Assembly (NCBI GenBank): GCA_031411135.1 | Contig: JANOAN010000003.1 | Location: 10,614 to 74,613 of the forward strand | DNA from: a bacterium | GTDB taxonomy: Bacteria > Patescibacteriota > Minisyncoccia > Phycocordibacterales > CAIZLB01 | Direction of reading: 5' to 3' | Length of the DNA: 64,000 nt | In this document: piece after piece, positions 38,662 through 47,882 of the stretch | How the letters are laid out: each line of letters begins with the position of its first letter | Position numbering within the stretch: the stretch's first letter is position 1 | The notes under the pieces: generated by a model | The model's input: only the letters and a program-made list of their open reading frames with translations | Databases searched by the model: none | Told to the model about the DNA's origin: nothing | Position numbers and translations under genes: made by a program

Positions 38662-39297
38662 TTGATATACTTAAATGGTATGGAGCATCTCCCATTAGAC
38701 ATAAAAAATTTCGGCTTTGTTCAAAGAGAAATCTGTAATGGTATTACTGTTAAATACAAATGTGGAAGAGATTTTCTTTATTATGCTCTACATTTTCTTT
38801 TACCTTCAAAATTCAATCCTGAAACTAACAATCCGCAAGAAATAGATAGAAATCACTTTTTTGGACTTACTGTTCCTGTATGGCTCGCTTGGACACAGCT
38901 GTAATTTTACAAAATGCCAACATTCTTAAAGAGGCTCTCTTTGGAATTAAAGATAAATGATGTGATAGTTACTAACTTTTTGAAATTTGTTTATGCAATG
39001 CTTTTCTCAAGAATATCTTATGAAAATGCCCTGGAAAGAATTGAAGGTAATGTGAAAAATGGATTGGTATCAGGTGTGGATTTGGCCTTACGATGGCAAG
39101 GGTTGGAAGACCACGTGCTTTTTGTGTATGGGTATGATGTAGATAATCTCTATGTGTTTGATACTAATAAAATTTCAAGACTTGAATATGAAAAGCTTAC
39201 TGATGATGAGCGATACTACATGAAACTACCAAAATCAGTAGTTAAAAACAGGTGGAAGACATTTAGTCGGGTGTGGGAAGTGTATAAAGTGAACTAA
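38662..39297 (+). pseudogene. hypothetical gene interrupted by an in-frame TAA (80 aa + 127 aa ORFs in the same frame)
   Basis: ORFs 38662..38904 and 38914..39297 share a frame, separated only by TAA at 38905-38907 plus 2 codons. Confidence 0.4.
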
Positions 39298-39352
39298 TAG
39301 TGTTTAGACCGAGCTAAACTGATAGTAGTTTATATTCTGAATTATTTTTTAT

Positions 39353-39916
39353 CTAGTGCCCCACCTCCTGCAATTCATCATGCCCATAACCCTCACCTTC
39401 TGGTAATTGTTTTGCAATATAAAACAAAGCAACAAAAAGAATCAATCCTACTATTGTAATTTTTAAAAATCTTTTAAATGTAAATTCATTTCGATAATCA
39501 CGATAAATAAAAGACAAATATCCCAAGAAAACACCGAGTGGCAAAAGTATCGCTGCTACGAATGGACCATCTAGATAATGTTGCGTAGCACCACTCACCA
39601 TACCAGTTCCAATGGAAAGGATTGTTGAAAACCAAATGTATGGAATTAATTGTTTAAGTGACGATATCCCATGCTCAAGTATGTTTCCAATAACGAACAA
39701 TATGACACCTAAAATAATTAAAATTATGTATTTTGTTATATTTCCTCCAAGAGTCCCAGCATGCACGATCGAGCCGGAAATTAATCCAACACCTAAATAT
39801 TTAAACATATGAGAAACAAAAGATTTGGTAGAATTCATTTGGTTGGTGTTCATAGTTGAACCATTATATACCAAAATTTTCAAGTTGATACTGATTTTTA
39901 TAATAAGTTTGAACAC
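39353..39916 (-). CDS. hypothetical integral membrane protein
   Basis: Five hydrophobic helices; the start may be the internal Met ('MNTNQMNSTKS'). Confidence 0.5.
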   Translation of the reverse strand: MFKLIIKISINLKILVYNGSTMNTNQMNSTKSFVSHMFKYLGVGLISGSIVHAGTLGGNITKYIILIILGVILFVIGNILEHGISSLKQLIPYIWFSTILSIGTGMVSGATQHYLDGPFVAAILLPLGVFLGYLSFIYRDYRNEFTFKRFLKITIVGLILFVALFYIAKQLPEGEGYGHDELQEVGH

Positions 39917-39978
39917 CCTCCCCTACCAACAAAAAAACCACCCACATGGGCGGTTTTTTTGTTTTACTTACCCTGTCT

Positions 39979-40944
39979 TTATCTCCCTGTCGTAAACGAT
40001 CCTGTAGCAGAGCCTGACATGTTACCTGAAGCATCAGCACTTCTCACAGAGTAGAAATATGTTGTGCTCGAAGCTAAGCCTGAGACAGTTACATCATGAA
40101 GGAATACTCTATCAGACAAACTCACCGTGCTTGAACCAGTCACAACTACTGGACTTGATGTACTCACCCATACCCCACTGTCTGATCTTTCGTTAGTTAA
40201 CCAGAAGATGTGAGTAGACGAAGCGTTCGTGTTGTATGTTGTGCTGAAGTAAATACTTGGTGCAGTTACGTCCACTGAAGCAACCGCTGTAGTGTGGAAT
40301 CGCATAACTTTTGTCACTTTTGTATTCCCTGCAGAGTCCTTAGCTGTGACTGTGAAATAATACTGGGTATTAACACTAAGCCCACTTAACACAACAGAGT
40401 GACTTGTAGAAGTTGAAGTATCTACTACTACATTACTATTTACATCAACAATGGAACTTGTAGCAAATCGGACGTCCCCTGTTGTAGACGCATTAGTCTT
40501 CCAAGAGATTGTTGCTGTGGAAGTTCCGACACTTACCACATTAACATCCTTGATTACTGGGATAACCATATCTACAGTACTTGTAGAATGTTTCTTGAAG
40601 AATTTTCCAAACCAGTTTTGGAAACCACCATTCTCTAATTTCTTCTCTATTCCCTTTGGTAATCCTTTACCATCCTCTAATCTTTTCTCGATACCTCGTG
40701 GTAGCATTATTCCACTTGAAGCTGTGACTGTGGCATTGGCAGATGTTTGAACTCGGACTTCATCCTTATCATCATCGTCATGCTTGTCTTTTGATACGTT
40801 TGTATTTAGAGACACATTACCTAACAACCCCTTTGCATCCGCAACTGCAGGGCTCAAGCTCATGAGAACAAAAGCAAAGGAGGTCATGGTCGTGGCAATT
40901 ATTTTTAAGTTTTTCATTTTATTTTGCGAAATCATGTCGCGCAC
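39979..40944 (-). CDS. secreted protein with two fibronectin type III-like domains
   Basis: Signal peptide 'IIATTMTSFAFVLMSLSPAVADA'; internal repeat 'LPRGIEKRLEDGKGLPKGIEKKLENGG'; two Ser/Thr-rich beta-sandwich segments ('TATISWKTNASTTGDVRF', 'THIFWLTNERSDSGVWV'). Confidence 0.6.
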   Translation of the reverse strand: MRDMISQNKMKNLKIIATTMTSFAFVLMSLSPAVADAKGLLGNVSLNTNVSKDKHDDDDKDEVRVQTSANATVTASSGIMLPRGIEKRLEDGKGLPKGIEKKLENGGFQNWFGKFFKKHSTSTVDMVIPVIKDVNVVSVGTSTATISWKTNASTTGDVRFATSSIVDVNSNVVVDTSTSTSHSVVLSGLSVNTQYYFTVTAKDSAGNTKVTKVMRFHTTAVASVDVTAPSIYFSTTYNTNASSTHIFWLTNERSDSGVWVSTSSPVVVTGSSTVSLSDRVFLHDVTVSGLASSTTYFYSVRSADASGNMSGSATGSFTTGR

Positions 40945-41133
40945 CGTCCTTTAAAGCGCGACTGACTTTATTTTGTATTTAGGCTTATAATTCGTCTCTA
41001 ACACAATAAAAGACGCTGGGTACTATTTCTTCTTACTCAGCAGGTAGACATCTGTAAATAAGCGGTTTACTATAGACCACAAGAAGGGGTGTTATTTCCC
41101 GGCAATCAAAACCACACTTCTTCGTCTTAACAA

Positions 41134-41652
41134 ATGGAGGAAATACAAAATAACTTTTTAGAGGCATACAATACCTACTCGGACTCTATCTTCCGATTCT
41201 GTCTTTTTAAGTTGAGCGATCGGGAAATTGCAAAAGATTTTATGCAAGACACTTTCACCAAAACTTGGATGCTAGTTTCGAAGAAAAAAGTAGAGATTAA
41301 GAGTCTCAAAGCCATTCTTTACAAGATAGCCGGAAATTTGATTATCGATGAATACAGGCGACGAGGAAGACGCGGACTAGCAGCGTCACTCGACGTCCTC
41401 CACGAAGAAGGATTCGACCTTTATTGTGACGAAACATCTTCCATGATGGACCATATGGATGGAAAAAAGGCAGTCTCATTAATCTCAAAAATCCAAGAAC
41501 CGTATGGCGAGGCAGTATTCATGCGATACGTTCAGGGATTGGAGCTCGACGAAATGGCAGAGATTACTGGGGCTTCCGAAAACACCATGTCAGTGAGGGT
41601 GCACAGAGGAATTTCAATACTAAAAAAACTTTTTAATAAAGAAAATGAGTAA
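41134..41652 (+). CDS. ECF-subfamily RNA polymerase sigma factor
   Basis: Sigma-70 region 2 ('FRFCLFKLSDREIAKDFMQDTFTKTW') and region 4 ('MRYVQGLELDEMAEITGASENTMSVRVHRGISILKK'). Confidence 0.8.
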   Translation: MEEIQNNFLEAYNTYSDSIFRFCLFKLSDREIAKDFMQDTFTKTWMLVSKKKVEIKSLKAILYKIAGNLIIDEYRRRGRRGLAASLDVLHEEGFDLYCDETSSMMDHMDGKKAVSLISKIQEPYGEAVFMRYVQGLELDEMAEITGASENTMSVRVHRGISILKKLFNKENE

Positions 41653-42802
41653 AAACAATCAAAACAATCAAATACAGGATCACGAAATGCATGAAGATAT
41701 TCATAAGCTTTTTTCTATAGCCAAAGAGGAGTCGCTTTCTCATGATGAAAAAAAACAAGGGGCGATAGATTTTAAGAACTTTATGGAAAAAAATCCAAAC
41801 AGAGGTGTTTCAATGGTAAGTCCTTATATAAAAAATCTTTTCATTAGCACTTTCAAATTTGTTAAACAGCGACAATTAGTAGCTATAGCCTTAGCGGTGA
41901 TTTTGGTATTAGGAGGATCTAGTGGGACTGCGTATGCAGCGGTCAATTCCCTCCCGGGAGATTTGCTTTACCCGATAAAGATCAATATTAATGAAAAACT
42001 TGAAAGTGTTTTAGCTAGAGGCACAGAAGCCAAGGCGCGAGTTGCTGTAAAGCATGCCATAAATCGAATAGAGGAGGTTGAAAAATTGGCGGTTGCCGGT
42101 AAACTAGAAAAATCGAGTGAGGGTTCTGTTTCTGCCACTTTGGCTTTACAGTCAAAAGTAGTTCAGGAGAATATCTTAAAACTTAAAACAGAGGGAAATG
42201 TAGAAGCGGCAATAGTTATCAGCTCAGATTTTGAAAATTCATTGAATGATCATAAAAAGAATTTGGCAAATCTAGTTAAGAACAGTAGGGACACCGCGAG
42301 GGACCTTTTGGTAAAGACTAGTGAAAATATACATGACAATATATTAGCTGCCGCGAAGGAACGCTTGATACTTGAGGACAGTCTTTCAACATCAAACCAA
42401 ATCACTGTCAATAAAAAAATTGCCAATGACGAATTAATTGCTTCTCAGAAAAAAATTAAGAAAATCGAGGGTGCTGTTAATGCATCTCGCAACATAGATA
42501 AAGATATAAAAGATACTTTGAAAAATGCTGTGAAAACTGTTTCTGAAAGCGAAGAGAAGATAAATGTAGGGGCATACAACAATGCAGTTGTCTTACTCAA
42601 AGACGCCAAGGAGAATACCGATAAGCTGGAGGAGGAATTTAAGAAATCACCCATCGATTATTCAAAATCTGGTAAGACGCCCATACCTACAAGCACTGCA
42701 ACCCCCACTTCTTCAACTTCAGTGGATGGTAGTAGCAGTTCCACAATTAATATTCAAAATAATAACTTACCCATCCCCGTTCCATCAGTTCCTAGATTGT
42801 GA
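41645..42802 (+). CDS. putative anti-sigma factor (single-TM, DUF5667-like extracytoplasmic domain)
   Basis: Overlaps the sigma gene by 8 nt. TM at ~aa 88-108, then 'LPGDLLYPIKININEKLE' and a long coiled/low-complexity C-terminal region. Confidence 0.55.
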   Translation: MSKNNQNNQIQDHEMHEDIHKLFSIAKEESLSHDEKKQGAIDFKNFMEKNPNRGVSMVSPYIKNLFISTFKFVKQRQLVAIALAVILVLGGSSGTAYAAVNSLPGDLLYPIKININEKLESVLARGTEAKARVAVKHAINRIEEVEKLAVAGKLEKSSEGSVSATLALQSKVVQENILKLKTEGNVEAAIVISSDFENSLNDHKKNLANLVKNSRDTARDLLVKTSENIHDNILAAAKERLILEDSLSTSNQITVNKKIANDELIASQKKIKKIEGAVNASRNIDKDIKDTLKNAVKTVSESEEKINVGAYNNAVVLLKDAKENTDKLEEEFKKSPIDYSKSGKTPIPTSTATPTSSTSVDGSSSSTINIQNNNLPIPVPSVPRL

Positions 42803-42979
42803 CTCAGTAATAAATTTTCAGATATTAAGTAATTTCTTTATACATCAACGAAATCTGCCCCCTCACTACCCCAAGCCCCCTTCACAACTTTTTTATTTTT
42901 ATTTATCTCCAATATTGTATCTTTGTGACTAGATACATATTCAATATGTCTATGTACATAAAACAACCTCAAAAATACC

Positions 42980-43291
42980 ATGAATGCAATACTCGAAACT
43001 CCGCTGTCGATCAAAGAACTGGCCATAAAGCTTTTTAAAGGAAGCTTTCACACGTTCTACACACTGTCACCCGAATTCCCTCAAACACCAGATGTTTACA
43101 TGTGCTGGATCGGTGAATGCCGAAACCATGCCATTGGATTAGGACTCCGCAATATCCGTGGATCTGTGCTTCCTTTCTTTGGATGCAAAGATTGCCTACG
43201 GAGATTTAACGGAATCGTCTCTGATGATGTTCCTCCGATGAAGACTTCCCTACTGGCCTTCGACGGAACACCTATGAGGAAAAACATCTAG
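42980..43291 (+). CDS. hypothetical protein (GC-rich)
   Basis: ORF followed by the hairpin 'gcccaccat...atggtgggc'+T-run. Confidence 0.45.
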   Translation: MNAILETPLSIKELAIKLFKGSFHTFYTLSPEFPQTPDVYMCWIGECRNHAIGLGLRNIRGSVLPFFGCKDCLRRFNGIVSDDVPPMKTSLLAFDGTPMRKNI

Positions 43292-43398
43292 CGCCCACCA
43301 TTCAACACGAGCCCCTGTCGTTTGATGGTGGGCTTTGTGTTTTTATATAAATTAAATTTTATAACTTTTTAATCTTTTATTCATATCGTATTGTTACA

Positions 43399-43435
43399 TT
43401 GACACCACATATCCAAAGTATATACTTCGGATATG
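43399..43435 (+). promoter_or_regulatory. toxin-antitoxin promoter (TTGACA-16-TATACT) with overlapping palindromic operator
   Basis: TTGACA 43399-43404, TATACT 43421-43426; inverted repeat 'catatccaaagtatatacttcggatatg' spans the -10 and the start codon. Confidence 0.5.
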
Positions 43436-43702
43436 AAGAAAACCATGCTTAGTATTAAAATAGATTCGAAACAGAAACAAGAAGCCAAAAAAACCGCTGA
43501 GGCTTTAGGGATTCCTCTTGGAACCATTATCTCTGCCCTACTGCGACAGTTTGTGAGGGACAAAGAAATAAATCTTTCGATCCCTCTCAAGCCTTCAAAA
43601 TACTTGAGAGATTCTATCAAGGAAGCGGAGGAAGAATATGCTTCTGGAAAGTTAAAACCTTATAAAGATATTGACGAATTATTCAAAGAATTGAACGTCT
43701 AG
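43433..43702 (+). CDS. dinJ: type II antitoxin, RelB/DinJ family
   Basis: 'IKIDSKQKQEAKKTAEALGIPLGTIISALLRQFVRDKEI' ribbon-helix-helix, DinJ-like. Confidence 0.7.
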   Translation: MKKTMLSIKIDSKQKQEAKKTAEALGIPLGTIISALLRQFVRDKEINLSIPLKPSKYLRDSIKEAEEEYASGKLKPYKDIDELFKELNV

Positions 43703-43708
43703 CGACTT

Positions 43709-43972
43709 ATGAAAATAATCATATCGTCAACTAAATTTAAAAGAAAGGTTAAAAAGTTATCACCTAAAATCCTTCTCCTTATTAAAGAAAAGGTTGCTAT
43801 TTTTAGAGAAAATGAATTCGACCAAATTTTAAACAATCACAAGTTGAGTGGACTCTATATAAACCGTAGAAGTATAAATATTACCAGCGATATTAGGGTT
43901 ATTTATAGAAAAGTCTCTGAAAATATGTACCTTTTTCTGACTATCGGCACCCACAGCGAACTGTACTCTTAA
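43709..43972 (+). CDS. yafQ: type II toxin, YafQ/RelE family mRNA interferase
   Basis: C-terminal 'YLFLTIGTHSELYS' matches the YafQ family '...RTGTHSDLF' motif; 87 aa; 6 nt after the antitoxin gene. Confidence 0.65.
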   Translation: MKIIISSTKFKRKVKKLSPKILLLIKEKVAIFRENEFDQILNNHKLSGLYINRRSINITSDIRVIYRKVSENMYLFLTIGTHSELYS

Positions 43973-43975
43973 AAA

Positions 43976-46900
43976 CTATCGCCTTATTTTCTTTACATAC
44001 GAAATAATCAGAATTGCGATAAAGATAATCAGAAGGACCAACACTGTATTGAGAAGCCATGAATATTTTTCGCTAAATGGTACGACGGCGACAAATGGTT
44101 TGTATTCTGGATTACTAAGTACACCAGATACAACAACCGTTGAAAGGTCTTTTTGCTTTAATGAAGTGTTTTGTAAAACAGTATCGATATCATAAACTGG
44201 TGAATTCAGATTTCCTCCAAAATATAAATAGAATGGCCCGGAACTTCGAGGTACAAAAGTAAGGACTGCTGCAGGAGAGTTAACCATAACTTTTGATTCT
44301 AAATTAAGTGGCTGATTATCTTGGTTATCAATGATAATTTGATAGTGCGACGCCTTAATCATTGGAAAGTTGATATGGAGACTTTCCAGTTTAGTACCAT
44401 CTTCTTTTGAGAAGGAATAGATGCTACCACCCCCAACTTCATACCACACTCCACTTGGGCTTGCGATAATGTTTGAATAACTACCAATCCCCCCTTCTAC
44501 AAAATCGTTTTTAACTTGCAATCTTATGTTTCGGTAAAAATTAGTCGAAGAGCCAATAAGGTCAATCCCATTTGCTAAAATCCCCTTATCTTTAAAATCA
44601 AAATAAATTTCAGTTGTCTGATTTTTTTCATTCTGAACTATTTTTACGTCTTTTGGGACAGAATTTTCCTTAAGTCCTGAAATCAGGGCTGATTGTGTGG
44701 CAAATCCAAATATGCCCACTTTTTTTGGCCTAAAATTAAGTAGACTATTATTAAAACTTACATCATTTTTAATTGAGCTGTCCTGATCAAAAGGTATCAA
44801 GACTACTTTTAAAAACCTTGAATTACTCGGTTCGTATGAGATTGTTGCATTCCCTACAGATTGCTTTGTGGCAGCATCGTAAAAATTAAAAATATATTGA
44901 GGTTTCTCTTCTAGAGATAATTGTCGCCAATTACTACTATCAAGAGAAAGGGATGTGTCTGATCCATACACCTTTACAATATAGCGGAAATTATTTTGAG
45001 ATGCTGTATCTACAAATCTAAGTACATTGTGTGTTAAAAATGTCTTGTCTTTATTATCTAGTATAAATTCAAGGTGTCTATTTCTTTCTGAAAGATTCTG
45101 CACGTCCAAATCTACAAACTCTGATGTGTCCCCGAACGACGAATAATTCAACGTATACGGCACCTGCACTCCGATTCCTGTGAAAACTCTGATATCAGAA
45201 ATGTTACTTTTCTCCTGCACATCAGCTGGGATGATCAATCTTGTAGGTCTCCCTTCAACAATCGAAGCTGAGCTTATTTCTGCACGATAAGGAGAAGCCT
45301 CGATAATCTCTTTATCAGTGGCCGCAAATGTAGAATTTGGAATAGATAATAACCCTAGCAAAAGCAATGAAACCGCCCCTGTCTTTAATTTGTCTTTATA
45401 CTTTGCATAAATAAATGATGCAAAAAGTGCAATAACTCCAAAAACCAGTGATGTTATAATTCGATAAACTGGTCCGAGATCCCAAACATCTACAAATATC
45501 TTAACCGCGGTAACTGCCATCAAAACCATTCCTGTTGTTCTAAACCATTTACTCTTCACAGAAAAACCAATCCCAATTGAAATCAATGCGTACAAGATCC
45601 ACACAATATCTACTGCTGTATTCTTTTGATTTGAAAGACTTCTAGTCACAGTAGAGAGGTCTAATTTTTTTTGCTGAAGCTCTGTTTGGTAATCTTGAGT
45701 CTGTCCTTCCGTCATTGCATTACTACTATTATAAGTATTGCTTGCGTAATAATTCTGTTGCAGTTGTGCTATTTCTTTATTTAAAGATTCAGTCTTAACA
45801 TAAATCTTACTTGAATACAGCTGTGATGTTTCAGATGTTAGTATAAAAATACTAGCAACCTGAGCAATTACAAAGTAAACAGCCACCAAACTCTTTGTTC
45901 CTTGTGTTACATCCACCCCCTCTTTTACGGCCTTATTAAGAATAAACGCCAATACATACGCAGTGACAATTCCTACTAAGAAAATAAAGAACCTCTCGTT
46001 CCACAAGAAATTAAATGCTTTACCGTAAACCATACTGTCCACATATCTTACGAATGTATACAAGGCGCTTACCACGAAAACAATTGAGCCATAGGCGTAC
46101 AGATTTTTACCTTTTAAATTGTAATCGAGTGCATACATAGCCACAGCCTCTACAAACCACGCGAGAGCAATCCAAGGTCCATCTAATTGTGCTGGAATTG
46201 CTAGTGTGAGAAACAAAGCTGACATAGCCGGTAAAAACATGTTCAGTAATTTATTTTCCTTATTCGTCTTGAACGAAAGTAATGCGATTGCAAAATACAA
46301 CATTGCCATCAAAATCATGAAAAATCCCATGAAGTTTTTGAAGGGTTCATACAATAATGAATAAGTTACTGTCGCATAACCCAAAGCGTTCACAACAATA
46401 ACAGCAAGGTCTGTAGAGTCTGACATTTCTTTTCGAATAATGTGATGGAATATTGAGGACAAAAGAAAAACTACAAAATACAGGAATAAGAAAAAGCACA
46501 TTCCAAGTCTGTCAGCTTTTTCATATAGATTCGTAAAGCACATAAAGACCAGAAGCCATGTGCCCGCAAAGGCGGTCGTTGTTAGCTTTCTCCATTTATA
46601 AACATATGCGACGACCATAACACCAACATCGAGAATTAAGATATATGTCAAAACCTGAGAAAGTGACGCGTTCGAAAGTGTCATAAATATAGGAGTCAAA
46701 AATCCACCAACTACTCCGATCATAGCCAAAACCATCGCGTTATCCACCACACTTAACACAACTGATAGGGCCGAAATACCAATAAGAAGTCCGTACGCTA
46801 CAGGGCTTGAAACAAGATGATAGAAAGCAAAACTTGCAAAAGTTGTTAGATATAAAAGTCCAATACCACAACCCATCAAAATGTTTGAATATGCCCGATA

Positions 46901-47356
46901 TTTTTCACGAATGTATTGACCAACAGAAATAAAGGCTACGCCAGCGATAATTCCAATTATTACCCTACCTGTAACACCAATAATATTATTAACGAAGGCA
47001 TATCTTAGGAAAAAAGAAACTCCGAGAATGACCGCGACTACGCCAGCAACACCTAGGATCCTTCCCCACTTCTCTTCATTATTGATAGGATTAGGTACGG
47101 CAACAACAGGAGTAACTGGAACTGGTTGTGGAATCGCTTCAGGAACTTGGTTTAAAATAGGAGCAGATTGTACAAATTGTTTTTTCTCTAAAAGACTAAT
47201 ACGATCCTCTACTTTGTAAATTTTGACTAACAATATAACAAATGCTGCAACTATCAATATAAACTCGAACATAATGATTTTAATAAGGGTTATTAATATA
47301 CTTACATTATACTCCTTATTTTTAAACACAAGAGCATTCCCACGAACCTCAGGCAA
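43976..47356 (-). CDS. large polytopic membrane protein (DUF2339-like N-terminal half, ~20 TM) with a big extracytoplasmic C-terminal domain
   Basis: 1126 aa; repeated TM hairpins for ~650 aa, then a hydrophilic ~450 aa region ending with a C-terminal TM anchor. Confidence 0.6.
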   Translation of the reverse strand: MPEVRGNALVFKNKEYNVSILITLIKIIMFEFILIVAAFVILLVKIYKVEDRISLLEKKQFVQSAPILNQVPEAIPQPVPVTPVVAVPNPINNEEKWGRILGVAGVVAVILGVSFFLRYAFVNNIIGVTGRVIIGIIAGVAFISVGQYIREKYRAYSNILMGCGIGLLYLTTFASFAFYHLVSSPVAYGLLIGISALSVVLSVVDNAMVLAMIGVVGGFLTPIFMTLSNASLSQVLTYILILDVGVMVVAYVYKWRKLTTTAFAGTWLLVFMCFTNLYEKADRLGMCFFLFLYFVVFLLSSIFHHIIRKEMSDSTDLAVIVVNALGYATVTYSLLYEPFKNFMGFFMILMAMLYFAIALLSFKTNKENKLLNMFLPAMSALFLTLAIPAQLDGPWIALAWFVEAVAMYALDYNLKGKNLYAYGSIVFVVSALYTFVRYVDSMVYGKAFNFLWNERFFIFLVGIVTAYVLAFILNKAVKEGVDVTQGTKSLVAVYFVIAQVASIFILTSETSQLYSSKIYVKTESLNKEIAQLQQNYYASNTYNSSNAMTEGQTQDYQTELQQKKLDLSTVTRSLSNQKNTAVDIVWILYALISIGIGFSVKSKWFRTTGMVLMAVTAVKIFVDVWDLGPVYRIITSLVFGVIALFASFIYAKYKDKLKTGAVSLLLLGLLSIPNSTFAATDKEIIEASPYRAEISSASIVEGRPTRLIIPADVQEKSNISDIRVFTGIGVQVPYTLNYSSFGDTSEFVDLDVQNLSERNRHLEFILDNKDKTFLTHNVLRFVDTASQNNFRYIVKVYGSDTSLSLDSSNWRQLSLEEKPQYIFNFYDAATKQSVGNATISYEPSNSRFLKVVLIPFDQDSSIKNDVSFNNSLLNFRPKKVGIFGFATQSALISGLKENSVPKDVKIVQNEKNQTTEIYFDFKDKGILANGIDLIGSSTNFYRNIRLQVKNDFVEGGIGSYSNIIASPSGVWYEVGGGSIYSFSKEDGTKLESLHINFPMIKASHYQIIIDNQDNQPLNLESKVMVNSPAAVLTFVPRSSGPFYLYFGGNLNSPVYDIDTVLQNTSLKQKDLSTVVVSGVLSNPEYKPFVAVVPFSEKYSWLLNTVLVLLIIFIAILIISYVKKIRR

Positions 47357-47373
47357 TGTTACAATATTAACAA

Positions 47374-47847
47374 ATGAAGAAAGATCCTATTACATGGCAC
47401 AACCATGAATACGAACATAGAGAAAAAAGTCGTGACTGGTTCTTTGCTGTCGGAATCATTACGGTATCGGCCTTTATAATTGCAATTCTCTTTAACAACT
47501 ACATTCTATCAGTACTAATCTTACTTGGAGGTTTTTGCATGATTCTCTTTGGTAACAAAGAACCTAATCATGTCCGGTTTGAAATCAATGGGGCTGGAAT
47601 AATTATTGATAAAACCCTTTATCCATTTGGAACCCTACATTCTTTTTGGGTGGAAAATAATGACCACATTGAAATGCCATCGATGCTTTTTATTCGTTCC
47701 AATAAAGCACTGGTTCCTTTAATTCATATACCTATGATTTGGGATGTTGATCCAGAAATAGTTAGAAATCATCTTTTAGAACATATACCCGAGGAGGAAC
47801 ACTCGGGATCAGTTTCTCATAGGATTATGGATTATATTGGTTTTTAG
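47374..47847 (+). CDS. hypothetical membrane protein
   Basis: Two TM helices; divergent from the large membrane protein gene. Confidence 0.45.
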   Translation: MKKDPITWHNHEYEHREKSRDWFFAVGIITVSAFIIAILFNNYILSVLILLGGFCMILFGNKEPNHVRFEINGAGIIIDKTLYPFGTLHSFWVENNDHIEMPSMLFIRSNKALVPLIHIPMIWDVDPEIVRNHLLEHIPEEEHSGSVSHRIMDYIGF

Positions 47848-47882
47848 CTAAGTAAGTATTGACATTCATAACATAATATTTT

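Larger units (their letters stand above)
35776..38670 (+). mobile_element. tRNA-Ser-anchored array of three single-gene cassettes delimited by degenerate tRNA-3'-end copies plus a conserved 30-bp motif
   Basis: Repeat units at 35776..35839, 37233..37319, 37872..37914 and 38622..38664. 'CCTCCGCACGCAAAAA' is reiterated. A 9-bp direct repeat 'ttgatatac' flanks the last unit. Confidence 0.5.
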
